64,000 nucleotides of DNA from Nageia nagi (taxonomy: Eukaryota > Plantae > Pinophyta): positions 81,220,001-81,284,000 of the forward strand of contig JBITNC010000001.1 in assembly GCA_050084985.1 (NCBI GenBank). The letters run 5' to 3'. The translations under genes and the position numbers were made by a program. The notes under the pieces are model-generated. The model saw nothing but the letters and a program-made list of their open reading frames with translations. It was not told the DNA's origin and did no database searches. Positions 51,158 through 64,000 of this stretch are shown one piece after another. Every line of letters starts with the position of its first letter. Positions within the stretch are counted from its first letter, which is position 1.

Positions 51158-53133
51158 CTATGACCATGGCCCTCATTGAGCAGGAGCACTACCACCACTA
51201 CTGGTAGTATCTCCTATCCTAGCCTTAATCCTATGACTGCTACCATTAGCTACTATCCTTGATGTGTCTTGCAAGATCCCACTTGTTGTCATCCATGGCT
51301 CTTAGGGAGGTTCTTTTCTCTCACAAACTTGACCTTGAGAGTGGTGATCCCCTTCTCCTTGGCCTCTAGCTTGTCCATCTAACTGCTAGTTTGGAGGTGG
51401 CATGGTCAGTCTCTCTTGTAACCTCTTCACATATTGCTCTAGAGTTGCAATATGTGAATCCCTCTTAGTTAGGGTGCCCTATAGTGGGGTAACCTAGGCC
51501 TCCATGAGCCTAAGCCTCATAACCTCCACTTCTAATTAAATGATCTACCTATTTGCATCTCTTGTAATCAAGTAAAATTCATGATTAATTAAGCATTTTG
51601 ACATGGATAAAAAATAAAATAAAATAAAATTTGCATGCTCTCTTACCTAGTGTAACTAAGGAAATAGTTATGGCTAATATAGATAAACTTAGTGCTCTTG
51701 GTGCCTCTTCCTCCTACATTATAATGTCAAGGATGGGATTGTTCACTTGAGGATGATCCCTCATTAGTAGCCTTGTATCCCTCCTCATCCATCCCAAGGT
51801 CCCCAAGAGGGACTCTGATCAACCATGCTGCATAACTAGAGATAAATCTAGTTTCCATGGAGAAATTTGCAACCTCATCCAATTTCCTCAACTCTTCCCA
51901 TGTGATCCTCCATACCAAAATAACCTATGTCCCCACAGGCATGTTCCTCTCATCCATGTATTATTAATAACATCTAGGTACTAGTGTGATCCCCTGTTGG
52001 ATCCCAACTTACATTAGTATATGCTAAGGGTGGTGGCTCCACCACCTTCCTCCACATCTAGAGAAAATACTCCTAATGTACCCATGCTAGCTAATCTGTA
52101 ACACATCCCACATAAAGTCTTGATAGCAAACAATTATTAGGTCCATCATCTATAATGTGTCCATTTATCATCTCCTCACCTCTAAGGAGTGAGGATACCT
52201 ATATCCTCCACCCTTAGAGGTCTAGCATACCAAAGCTATATCTCTTAGGTCCTCCCTTGCCCATTGTAGTCCCATGGGCCTCATCACTACTATGTGCTCA
52301 TATACCCATATTTGTAGCAATCCTGCATAGGAAACCACCACATTGAACTTATCAACATTGATGAAGTTGTATAGGTACCTATACAATTGAGCTAGAAATA
52401 AGGTTCTTAAAGAAAATTACCCTCCCCTCTTGCATATCTATCTTACCACCCAAACTAATATGAGTGGGATGGTCTAGCTACTCTTGTCTAGGCATAAGTA
52501 AGTAGCTATGATTTTAGCTACATATAGATGTAAATATTGTCCTATTGGGGAAAACTGACACACCTTCACCAACCTAGCCAATTGATGTTCCTAATCATGA
52601 TCTACCTCCATAATAAAGCAAAGTACCTCTTTCTCCTAGAAATTGTCATCCAAAATCTCCCTCTAGTGTATAAGGCTTCCCCTGAGTGTGATGTTCATTT
52701 CATTGAGGGTTAGTGAAATGAATAGTAGTCTTGGTCCCATCTTCATGCCAATGCTATCAATAGTAGTAGACTTGTTGTACATGCCCAATGATGGCTAGGT
52801 ATGTTAGCATGCATCTCGATAGGATATCATCAATGTGGTTGGTTCTCAACCAACCCCTCACCTTCTTTAAGGTGGTTGTGGTCATCGATCCTCCCTAAAA
52901 AAGAACCTTACATTCCTACAAGGAATTAAATAACAAGTTCATTAATAACATGATTTATGAGGTTAAAAATCAAATTAAAAATGATAAACAAGATGAAAAT
53001 GTGAATTATAAAAGAAAATGTAAGCAAAACCACTTACCAAATACTCATATGAAAGGGAGAGGAGATACTCTACTATGTGATCCTTTAAGCTAGTAATTGG
53101 GCATCCAAATGCCCTCTATGCCTCATCTACCAT
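51158..53133 (-). pseudogene. Spliced PMD + coiled-coil gene, duplicate of unit A
   Basis: Colinear with 20625-22614. The GTAAGT donor and TAG acceptor of intron 1 are retained. Confidence 0.8.
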
Positions 53134-56100
53134 CCTAAAAACTAAAAAAAAGTGCAAAATAGTTAAAAATACATGTATGTAATGGCAAGTAAGCGAAAAT
53201 AACATCTAAGCAAGTCAACTGCACTCATATCCAATCATGCATAGCTAGAAGACAAGTCAACATGCGAGAAGGGCTTTAGAGGAAATAAGGGGGTCAAAGT
53301 ACCAATTTAGAAAGATAAAAAAATCAAATGACACCTTTTCAAATTGAATTAGTCTTTTATAATTTCTAAATTGCTTTGAAATCCTAGGCTTTATCCTTTT
53401 CTCTGATAGATGCCCTAAATCATTATTTTGTGTGTTCAATATGCATTAATTTATTTTAAATGCCTATCATATTTTTTTCAAAAAATTCTAATGCTATTTT
53501 TATGCTACCAATAGCATCCATTTCTTTGAATTAAGTGTGCATTCAGGGACTAATGACTTATAATTATTTATACATGCATTTTCATTCCTTAACAATCATA
53601 TATGATTGAAATTGTGCCATTTTTATTATTTGAAATTATTTATAACAAATGCATGTTGTCAATAGCTTGGAATTGAATAAATTAGCAAAAATTCTAAATG
53701 TGCTATCTCAATTTTGGTTTTAATACATGTTATTAAATGGTCAGTACACTTATACAGTTGCTTTATATGATTAATTATTATTGGCAAAATTTTATATATT
53801 TAAATTGCACTTCAACCTTCTATCTTCAAATTTATCTATTGTTTGCATTTCAATGTCAATCAAAAATTCTTATTTCAAATCCAATTAAATATACTCTTGA
53901 TTTTGAAAAATGATGTATTTTTTCCATGCCACCAACGATGTGCATATTGCAAAATTGCATGATCTTTAAAATAATTACAAGGTTTTCATATTATTTATGA
54001 TTCATCAAGATGATTATTGGAATATTATATCACTTGCAAAAACAAATTACAAATGTTCACAAATATTGCTATTTTATAAATTCCATGAAAATCTTATGAT
54101 AAATTGGATTGTTATTTTCTTCATGAATGGAAGCAATATGATACAAATAGTTTTCAATTGAATATCTTTCAAATTGTTGTACTTGAAATGGAAAATATCA
54201 CACCACCAATGAAGTGCAATTACTATAAATATTTTGGAAATGGGGCATATTGTAATTTTGTTAAACCTTCATCCATTTACATGATTTTTTCATTCACATG
54301 AATTGGTTTAAGGCTAAGGATCAAAATTATTGAAAATATGATCATGAAATTTTAGGCATACCACAAAGCTAGTACATGGATATACATTGAATATTCATGA
54401 AAATTGAAATGCTATAATGAAATCCCAATGAATAATCAAATATATGATGCGTTGATAGAAATTGAATATACCAATTCATCGATATACTAAAAAATGTTTC
54501 ATAGCCATGGTCTTCCCATGAGAAAATATTGTATTGTTATAGGACATCACCATTGTGAGTCATTGAATGGATATTTACAGACTATAAGATATCTATCATA
54601 GTATTCTATAAATCATGGATATTGCAAGCATGGGGCATCACAAAGAACCCATGCACTTGCTTTTCATAGACTATGAGTTATTTATCATAGTAGTCTATGT
54701 ATCATTGTTTATATCACTATGAGTTGCATTGGCCATAGTAACACACTGCATATTATATTTATTTCATCCTTGATATTTACATTTCTTAGTATTTCATGGA
54801 TGTGATCTATGTTATTATATGTTATTTTGTCTTATAGATATTATCTAGGTGAGTAGATTGGCATAGAATGCTCACCTCATAGATGGAATCCTAGTTTCAA
54901 CTTGATTACCTGACATAACAAGAGCTAGGGAAAACAAAGACCAAAAGGGGGTAAACAACATATCATACTTGACATGTTGGTAAAAAAAAGAAGTCCACTT
55001 TACTATTAAAAATCTTTTTCTCTTCTCTAGACTTTATTGGATTATGCAATTTCAATGTTTTTCATTACATATCCAAAGAGGGGCAAACTGTAGATGCATA
55101 AAAATAATTTATTATTTATTTAATAAATAATATTTAGTGCATTAAATGATTAAAAGGTAAAAATATATAAATCAAGATAAAATGCTATTGCAATACCATG
55201 TGCTAAGACCCATGTAATATCATATACCATGATTTATATTTTAAGTTATCTTAAATATTGAAAAGATTAATATTATTGCTATGTGTTGGCTTTCATCTCT
55301 TTCTATTTCTTTTCAAGTTATAAATATGGGAGGTGAAGGTTGACATCCGTATTGGAACTCTCTAATAGGTGGTTTTCCCAAACATGCATCATGTATAATA
55401 TTGCTAAAAACGTTTACTTCAAGGATTTGTGTAAGATTAAGCAATTGCCTAATCAATCTATTTATGATTTTGTTAAAGTATGGACACACATTGCTAATAA
55501 AATCACTATTACTAAGCAAGATTTGAAAGATACATTTGTAAATGCTTTATTACTTGCATATAAATTACTAGTAATCTCTAATCATGATATGACATTAAGC
55601 AATATGATGGATGTTGTATCTAAAAAAGAGCCATACATTAAAAGATTATATGCTATGTGTAATAATAGTACCCCTACATATCAAAATATAGTGTAAAAGC
55701 TTAAAAATAAAGAAAAATTTGAAGTAAACAATGTTAGTAATAAACATAAAAATAATCCTAAACCTAGGCAAAAGTTTACACCTTTGACTGATACTATTGA
55801 TAATATTCTTAATGTCTTGTAAAAAATGATCTTATTGAACTTCCTTCTATTGTTGAGCCTAATTTTCCAAATGGTGTCCCTAAAAAAAATTAATATGAGG
55901 AATTTTGCAATTATCATAGGGATCCTAGACATCTAACACACAATTTTAGGACTTTAAAGCATATCATATAGTATTTCATTGATAAAAAGGCTATTAAGAT
56001 GTATGATGAAGCAATTGCAAAACTTGGACCTATATAGCTTGATAATGGGAAGTTATGAGTGTTCACTAATCCTCTACCTCCTTCACAACCAAGAGGCTAC

Positions 56101-57004
56101 ATTGTTATAATAAGTACTTCCAATGATTTGAATTATTATTTTACTCATAAACATGGATGCAAGCTTGATAGCCCAAACAAGACTAGAAATAGAGAAAAAG
56201 CCCATGCCACCAACAATATGCACCACTATTCCAATAGAACCAACAATGTGAAAAATGTAAAATCAAAGGTGTCCCTTTTTGTTCCTAAATCTGTTAAATG
56301 TATCTAGGTTGCATAAATCCTCCATGTACATAAAATTACTGGTTAAAATAGCATGTTTGTACCTATAGTGTATATTAGCTAGGTTATGCATTTGTATGGC
56401 CATTGTGAATTGTCATTTCTTGGTTGCATGTGTTAATTGCTTCTTCTACCTCATAATGAAATTTGTTTGTACTATTCCTTCATTTCACTAAATTTTTCAT
56501 GACTGTTCACATCACTAACAGTGTATGGGGTTTCTTTCATGTCACTAGTGATGTGCTTTTCCTAAAATATAATTTAAACAAATAGTATTTTCTTCATGAT
56601 CATTGTATTTTGATTCCATTGGATTGGTATTTTAAGTGTTTATGTTATGTTTAATAGAAAAAATGGGCAACTATGTGAATGGAACTTTCTTTTTAACTTG
56701 TAACTTGATTATGAGTTGATTTAGTTTTATTAGAAATTATTTGTGATTTGCTTTGTACATTGTGAAATGATTGAATTTTGTGTATTGTGATTTGTTCATG
56801 TGCTTTTTACAATGGTGTGAAATTAAAATCTATTGCATACATGTGTCCTTTTAAGCAAATTTTGTTGTTAACTCATAAAATCAAAACTTACAAATTTAAA
56901 ATGCATTCCCATTTAAGCAAATAAATTGAAAAGACAATCAACCATAAGATTTTTGAATCAAAAAAATAATCATATATATATATGAATACAAAATAGGGGA
57001 TGTC

Positions 57005-59031
57005 CTATAACCATGGCCCTCACTAAGGAGGAGAATTGCCACCACTAATGGTAGTATCTCTCATCCTAGCCCTAACCTTACGACTACTACCACTAACCAT
57101 TATCCCTGATGTGTCTCATGAGATCCCACTTATTGTCACTCCATGGCTCTTGATGAGGTTCTTCACTCTCACATACTTGACCTTGAGAGTAGTTATCTCC
57201 TTCTTCTTGGCCTATAGCCTATCCATTTGACCTTATATGAATGTTCATTGCTGGTATATAGGTAGCATGGTTAGTCTCTCTTATAACCTCTTTATGGATT
57301 ACTCTAGAGTTGTAATTTGTGAATCCCTCTTAGCTAGGGTGGCCTATAATCTGATCACCTAGGCCTCTATGGGCTTGAATCTCATAGCCTCCACTTTTAA
57401 TGAAGTGATTTACTTATTTGAATCTCCAAAAATTAAGTGAAATTCATAATTAATTAAGCATTCTTCCATGGATAAAAACTAAAAATTTTAAAATTTGCAT
57501 GCTCTCTTACCTAGTGCTACTAGGGGAATAATTATGGCCAAGATGTCTAAACTTGGTGCTCCTAGCACCTCTCCCTCCTACAATAGGATGTCATGTATGG
57601 GATTGTTCACCTAGTAGGGATCATCCTCTAATAATCCCTTACTAGTAGCCTTGTCTCTCTCCTCCTCATCATCCTTGTCCATCCCAAAGTTCCCAAGATA
57701 GACTTTGATCCACCATGCTGCATAACTAGGGGAAACTTTGAGTGCCATGGAGAAATCGACATCCTCCTCCAATTTCCTTAGCTCCTCCCATGTGATTCTC
57801 CATGCCAAAATAACCTATGTATCATCAATAGCATCTGGGTACTAATGGAATCCCCTATTGGATTGCAAACTACCTTAGTATATGTTGAGGATGGTATGGC
57901 TCCACCAACTTCCTCATTGTCTAGAAAAAATACTCATGATGTACCCAATCTAGTTGGTACACATTTGCATCTCACACAAAGTCCTGTAGCAAACAAATAT
58001 CAAGTCTACAGCCTCTAGTGCATCCACCTATTGTCTCCTCACATATAGGGAGTGAGGATACTTGTATCCTCCACCCTTTGAGGTCTAACACACCAATTCT
58101 ATATCTCTCAAGTCCTCCCTCACTCGTTGTAGTCCCATGGGGCTCATCACTAGTATGTGCTCATATACCCATATCTATAGTAATCCTGCATAGGCAATCA
58201 TCATGTTGAACTTGTCAACACTGACAAAGTTGTATAGGTCTCTATATAATTGAGCTAGAACTAAGGGTATCGAAGCATGTTGCACTCCCTCTCACATATC
58301 TATCTTACCACCCAAACCAATCTAAGTAGGATGGTCAAGCTACTCTTGTTTGGACACAAGTAAGTACCTATGATTCCCACTACATATAGAAGTAAATACT
58401 ATCTTGTTGGGGAAAATTGACACACCTTCACTAGCCTAGCTGATTAATGTTCCTAATCATGATCTACCTCCTCAATCAACCAAGTGACTCTTTCTCCCAA
58501 AAATTATTATCCAAAATCTCCCTCTAGTGTACAAGGCTTCCCCTAATGGGAATCTCCCAAATTCGATAGACATCCAAGAGTGTGATGGTCATTTCACCTA
58601 GGGTTAGGTGAAATGAATAGCAATCTGGGTTCCATATCTATGCCAATGTTATCAATAGCGATAGATCTTGTTGTACATGCCCAACAATGGCTAGGTATAC
58701 TAGCTTGCATCTCAATAGGATACCATTAATGTGGTTGGTTCTTGAACAACCCCTCACCTTCTCTAAATTGGTTGTGGTCATTGATCCTCTCCTTGAAAAA
58801 GAACCTTGCATTCCTACAAGGAATTAAATAACAAGTTGATTAATAACATGCTTGATGAAGTTAAAAATTGAATTAATAAAGATAAACAAGACAAAAATGT
58901 GAATTATTTAAGAAAATTTAAGCAAAACCATTTACCACATAGACATATGAAAGGGAGTGAAAATAGTCTACTATGTGACTCCTCCAACTAGTAATGGGGC
59001 ATCCAAATTCCCTTCATACCTCATCTACCAT
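57005..59031 (-). pseudogene. Spliced PMD + coiled-coil gene, duplicate of unit B
   Basis: Best-preserved PMD signature WNPDCYSFHLTLGEMTITLLDVYRIWEIPIRG (~58540-58640, minus strand). Confidence 0.85.
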
Positions 59032-60954
59032 CTTGAAAACCAAAATGAAGTGCAAAATGGTGAGAAATGAGTGTACGTAGTGATAGGTAAGGAAAAACAA
59101 CATCTATGCAAGTCAACCACACTTAGATCTAATCATATGTAGCTATAAGAAAAGTCAATGTGTGGGTAGGGCTTCACCAAGAAACAAGGGGCTCATAGTG
59201 CCAAATCAAAAAGATAAAAAGTCAAAATGATACCTTTTTAAATTGAATTTATCTTTTATAGTTTCTAAATTGCATTGAAACCCTAGGACTTCATCCTTTT
59301 CTTTGGTATATTTCCTAAATCATTATTTTGTGTGTTCAATATGCATTTATTTATTTTAAATTCCTATCATTTCTTTTATCAAAAAATTCTAATGCTATTT
59401 TTACACCACCAATGATGCCCACTTCTTTGAATTAGGTGTGCATTTAGGGACCAACAACTTATAATTATTTATACATACATTTTCATTCCTTACCAATCAT
59501 ATATGATTGAAATTATGTTATTTGAAATTATTTATAGCAAAGGCATAACACCAGCAAGGTGGAATTGAATAAACTAGCAAACATTCTAAATGCGCTATCT
59601 AAATTTTTGTTGTAATACATATTATTAAATGGTCAGTACACTTATATAGTTTCTCTATATGATTAAATGTTATTGGCAAAAATTTCACTATATTTAAATT
59701 TCACTTCAAACTTATATCTTCAAATTTATCTATTGTTTGCATTTCATTGTCAATCAAAAATTATTTTTTCAAATCCAATTGAAGATACTCTTGATTTTGA
59801 AAAATGTTGTATTATTTTCCATGACACTAATGGAGTGCATATTGTAAAATTAAGTGATCTTTAAAATAATTACAAGGTTTTCATATTATTTATGATTCAT
59901 CAAAATGATTATTGGAATATTATATTGCTTGCAAAAATAAATTACAAATGTTCACAAATATTGCTATTTTATAAATTCCATGAAAATCTTATGATAAATT
60001 GGATCATGATTTTCTTCATGAATGGAAGCAATATGAAACAAATGGGTTTCAATTGAATATCTTTCAAATTGTTGAACTTGAAATGGAAAATCTCATGCCA
60101 CCAACGGTGTGCAATTACTATAAATCTTTTGCAAATGGGGCATATTGTAATTTTGTTGAACCTTCACCACTTTACATGATTTCTTCATTCACATGAATTA
60201 TTTTAAAGTTAAGGATAAATATTATTGAAAACATGATCATGAAATTTTAGGCATACCACGGTGCTAGTGGCATGAATATACATTGAATATTCTTGTAAAT
60301 TGAAATATTACAATAAAATCCTAATGAATAATCAAATATATGGTGCATTGATGGAAATTGAATATATTAGTTCACTAATATACTGATAAATGTTTCATAG
60401 CCATGGTCTTCCCATGAGAAAATATTATATCATCACCATTGTGAGTCACTGAATAGACATTTATATACTATGAGTTTTCTATCACAATAGTTTATAAATC
60501 ATGGATATTGTAATCTTGGGGCATTACAAAGAACCCATGCACTTGCCTGTCATAGACTATGAGTTATCTATCATAGTAGTCTATGTTTCATTGTTTATAT
60601 CATTATGATTCCCATATTATATTTATTTCATCCTTGCTATTTACATTGCTTATTCTTTCATGGATGTGATATATGTGGGTATATGTTGCTTTGTCTTACA
60701 AATATTATCTAGGTGAGTAGGATTGGCATAGACCGGTCACCTCATAGATGAAATCCTAGTTTTGACTTGATTACCTAACATAGTAAGAGTTGAGGGAAAC
60801 CAAGACCAAAAGGGGGCAAACAATATATCATACTCAACATGTCTGTAAAAACAACGAAGTTCACTTTACTATTGAAATATTTTTTCTCTTCTCTAAACTT
60901 GTTTGGATTATGCAATTTCAATATTTTTCATTACATATCTAAAGAGGGGCAAAA

Positions 60955-61569
60955 TATAGATGCCTAAAAATGATTTATTATTTATATAATAAATCATATT
61001 TAGCACATTAAATGAATAAAAGGTAATAATGTATAAATCAAGATAAAATGCTATTGCAATACCATGTGCTAAGACCAATGTAATGTTATATACCATGGTT
61101 TATATTTTAAGTTATTTTGAATATTGAAAAGATTATTATTATTGCTATGTGTTGGCTTTCACCCATTTCTATTTCTTTGCAAGTTATAAATATGGGAGGT
61201 GAAAGTTGACATCCTTAATGGAACTCTTTGATAGTTGGTTGTCCCAAATATCAAACTTAAGATGTCTCTCGATGCCATCTATCTTTGAGAACTTGTTAAC
61301 TCTGTAAGCTCTATAATCTCTCTCTTGCACATAACACAAAATTACCTTTTCTATAATGTTGGTGATGTGCGACTCCTATGATGCTAGTGGTATACACCTT
61401 CTAGATCGGGAGGTCTAGACTTCAAAGAATGGCTTATGATACCAATTTAGTGAATATCTATTATGAATCATTTGAAATTTGATCACGATCCTCTGCATAT
61501 TCATTGTTATCTACTCTTGAGGATTTTACATACATAGGCTACAAGCCCCACTTTGTATCAAGTTTATAT

Positions 61570-61632
<63 letters not shown>

Positions 61633-61728
61633 TATGTAATCTGATATAAAGCTATTATTCATTGTATTAGTAGACCAAATTTATTTATTTATGTATTTAT
61701 TTATTAATTACACATTTTCAGGTCTACA
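60955..61728 (+). repeat. 3' LTR of the second copy, with an expanded (TA)n at ~61565-61635
   Basis: Aligns with 30463-31188. Confidence 0.9.
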
Positions 61729-62081
61729 CTTATAATAAAAAAATCATATGAATTAAAAGTATTTTAGAGAGAAATGAAATGAAATTAAATGAAGTGATAT
61801 TAATGTCCATGGTAAGCCAAAAAATGACCCAAGGGAATGAGAAAATAGTATATTGAAAACTACATATAAGAGGGTCAAAATTTTCAAACCAAAGAGAAAA
61901 CAAAAAATAAATACAAAGAGTGCAAAACATTCTGTATGAAGATGAGGGGTCATCCATAATAATAAATCTCTTTCAACCTCATGAACTAGTCTCTCGTATC
62001 AAAATTTTATGAATCATTGTTGAACAAATTATTGATTTGTGTTTACCTATCATTGATTTGGACTCTCTATTATCTATAAGT

Positions 62082-63150
62082 GGGTGAAATCAAGAAGTTG
62101 AGTCCACTTAAAGGGGAAGTGGGGGAAATTGATGAAGTTAAGATTTAATGTTGGAAAAATCGAGATCCTAATTTTAATAAATTAAAATTAGGATCCCGAT
62201 TTGGAACGAGATCCTAATAAATATCAAGATCTCGATATTTAAAACTAAAATACGTACATTTATTAGGATCCTGATATTTGAATCTCTAAATTTACCTTGG
62301 TTTTAGGCTCAAAAAAAGATTCGTGAGCCAACATTTAGCCTTCGACCTACAAGTATATGTTCCTTATAATGTTAATGGAAAATATCAAATTCAGGAATAT
62401 GATTGATAGAATTTTTGGTAGAATTTTTTCATGAAATTAAAACCCATTATAGATTAAAGAGTGAATATTTCAAATATACAATTTTTTTTTACAATTGGAT
62501 AAGATTTTATATTTTCTAATTATTTTTTAGTAAAAGTGGTCCATATGTTGAGAATATGATGGTATCATATTTTTTTAATAAGTTTTCTTTTTTTTAGAGT
62601 CATGAAAAAATATATTATATAGGGAAAAGCTTCACAAAATTATCTATAAGAATAAAAAAATTTGAAAAAAGATTAAGTTTAGATCAAATTATGCTAGACG
62701 GACATGAGCACTTTTCGAAACCATAAACATGCTCGATACAAAATTAATAAAAAACATATTGATGAAAAATTTGTGGAAAAATATCCAATACAAGATCCAA
62801 TGTATTAATATCTTTTCCTAAAATAATTTTAAAAAATATCTTGATTTTAGTCAAATTATGCGAAAGTGACACGTACATGATATGGTCCGAAAATGTATTT
62901 TTTTTTTCAAAAAAAAAAAAAAGATTTTTGTTCTTCCTATCAAATTTTAAATTCTATGATCTAAGTATTAAAATAAATTATATATTTGAAAACCAGACTC
63001 TGAGTATACATTTTCATCGTAGTGACCTTTTTCATGATTCCATGTCTAAGTGCTTTAAATTTCGAGATCAATCATACCTAAACTTGAAAATCAAGGAAAA
63101 CACTTCAACTTTTTGGCCTTAAAGTGAACCCAACTTCTTCCACCCATGTG
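62082..63150. mobile_element. Duplicate of the MITE-like TIR element
   Basis: Colinear with 31534-32595 and flanked by AGT on both sides. Confidence 0.75.
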
Positions 63151-64000
63151 AGTAAGCTATCGAGTGACCTTGTTGGTGCATGTATGATTTGGTGCTTATC
63201 ATTTTCAACTAATATCTATATATTCCCTTGATCTATCAGAGCTGGTGAAGTAGTTTGTTGCAAGTTGAGACTATGAGAGGTGGGAGGCACCTGGATGAGA
63301 TCTCTTATGCCCATGAAATAGAGATTTCTTCTCGAATGTAAATTCCAAGGCAATGTTGGTCCTTATAATTGAAGAACATGAGTCGCTCCTAAAGAGGCAC
63401 TAGAATCTACATTGAATCTCAATGTTTGTAATAAAAAATAAAATGATGTAGAGTCTTTACTTCCTCTAGGGAGTAAAATATAAATATTTGTTCCTTTCTT
63501 CGTATACGATTATCTATCTCAATAAGAATATTATAGGAGAATACTCAAAGTTGTCCGTTGGAGACCTATATGCCATGTGTTATAGGTTGTTGGAGGTATT
63601 GATGAGGCACTATCTGACCATATTGAATATGGAGAAAGTGCTCATGATAGAAGGATAACTTGGAGGAGCGAGGGGTAATGAGAGATATTCAATCGCAATA
63701 GGTATACTGAAGAGTGATGTATTTTTGAACCCCACAAAGTATCTTTATCTTCATATTTGTAATAGAAGTTAATGAACTCCAAGGGAATAAAGAGGATGCA
63801 TGTTAATATGAATCTAAATGCTTCCTTACTAGGATCTCCATCTCCTCCTAAAACTTAATAAAAAGGCTATCGTAAAGCATAAAGCAAGGTAAAGGTATCT
63901 TCTACACCTAAAATGGGTGTCTCACATAGTGCAAAGCATATGAAGATAGGTAATGATCCTTAAAATAATCTTTAGCCAAATAGGTGAAGCTCCAGACTCT

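Larger units (their letters stand above)
50362..61728 (+). mobile_element. Second, 5'-truncated copy of the dimeric gag/PMD LTR element
   Basis: Begins mid-gag, with a partial LTR at 55089-55385 and a 3' LTR at 60955-61728 followed by CTTAT. Confidence 0.9.
50362..64000 (+). repeat. Segmental (tandem) duplication of 19834-33445, running off the window end
   Basis: Colinear throughout, with an offset of ~30.53-30.56 kb. It includes the same internal LTR/gag junction, the right TSD CTTAT, the MITE and the unique flank. Confidence 0.95.

Noticed and set aside
50362-61728. Independent second insertion of the dimeric element
   Set aside because: It shares the right TSD and more than 2 kb of downstream flank with the first copy, so it arose by segmental duplication.
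1-64000. tRNA, rRNA or organellar insertions
   Set aside because: None were recognised. The only tRNA-related sequences are short PBS complements.

Overview
This is AT-rich plant nuclear DNA, probably from a gymnosperm (inferred from the TE types, heavy C>T/G>A decay and a GC-richer gene body). It holds one intact host gene, a six-exon LAC17/LAC2-type laccase (43966-46194, 591 aa). The gene has a miR397 site and AC/SMRE and SNBE promoter motifs. The left 16 kb is a nest of decayed TEs. A CACTA end and a complete chromoviral Ty3 element (TSD GATTT) sit in a Ty1/copia element, which abuts or interrupts a minus-strand Tat-type Ty3 with a G-patch and a second RNase H. The most unusual object is a 13.7 kb pol-less LTR element (17484-31188). 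It has a tRNA-Trp PBS, a Tat-like gag, a spliced three-exon antisense PMD + coiled-coil gene and a further unidentified ORF, arranged as an internal head-to-tail dimer. The window also appears to be part of a tandem laccase array. Region 50362-64000 repeats 19834-33445 (~30.5 kb period), and 48760-50366 is an older unit whose laccase was apparently deleted between 7-bp microhomologies. All alignments were done by eye, so divergence values are rough.
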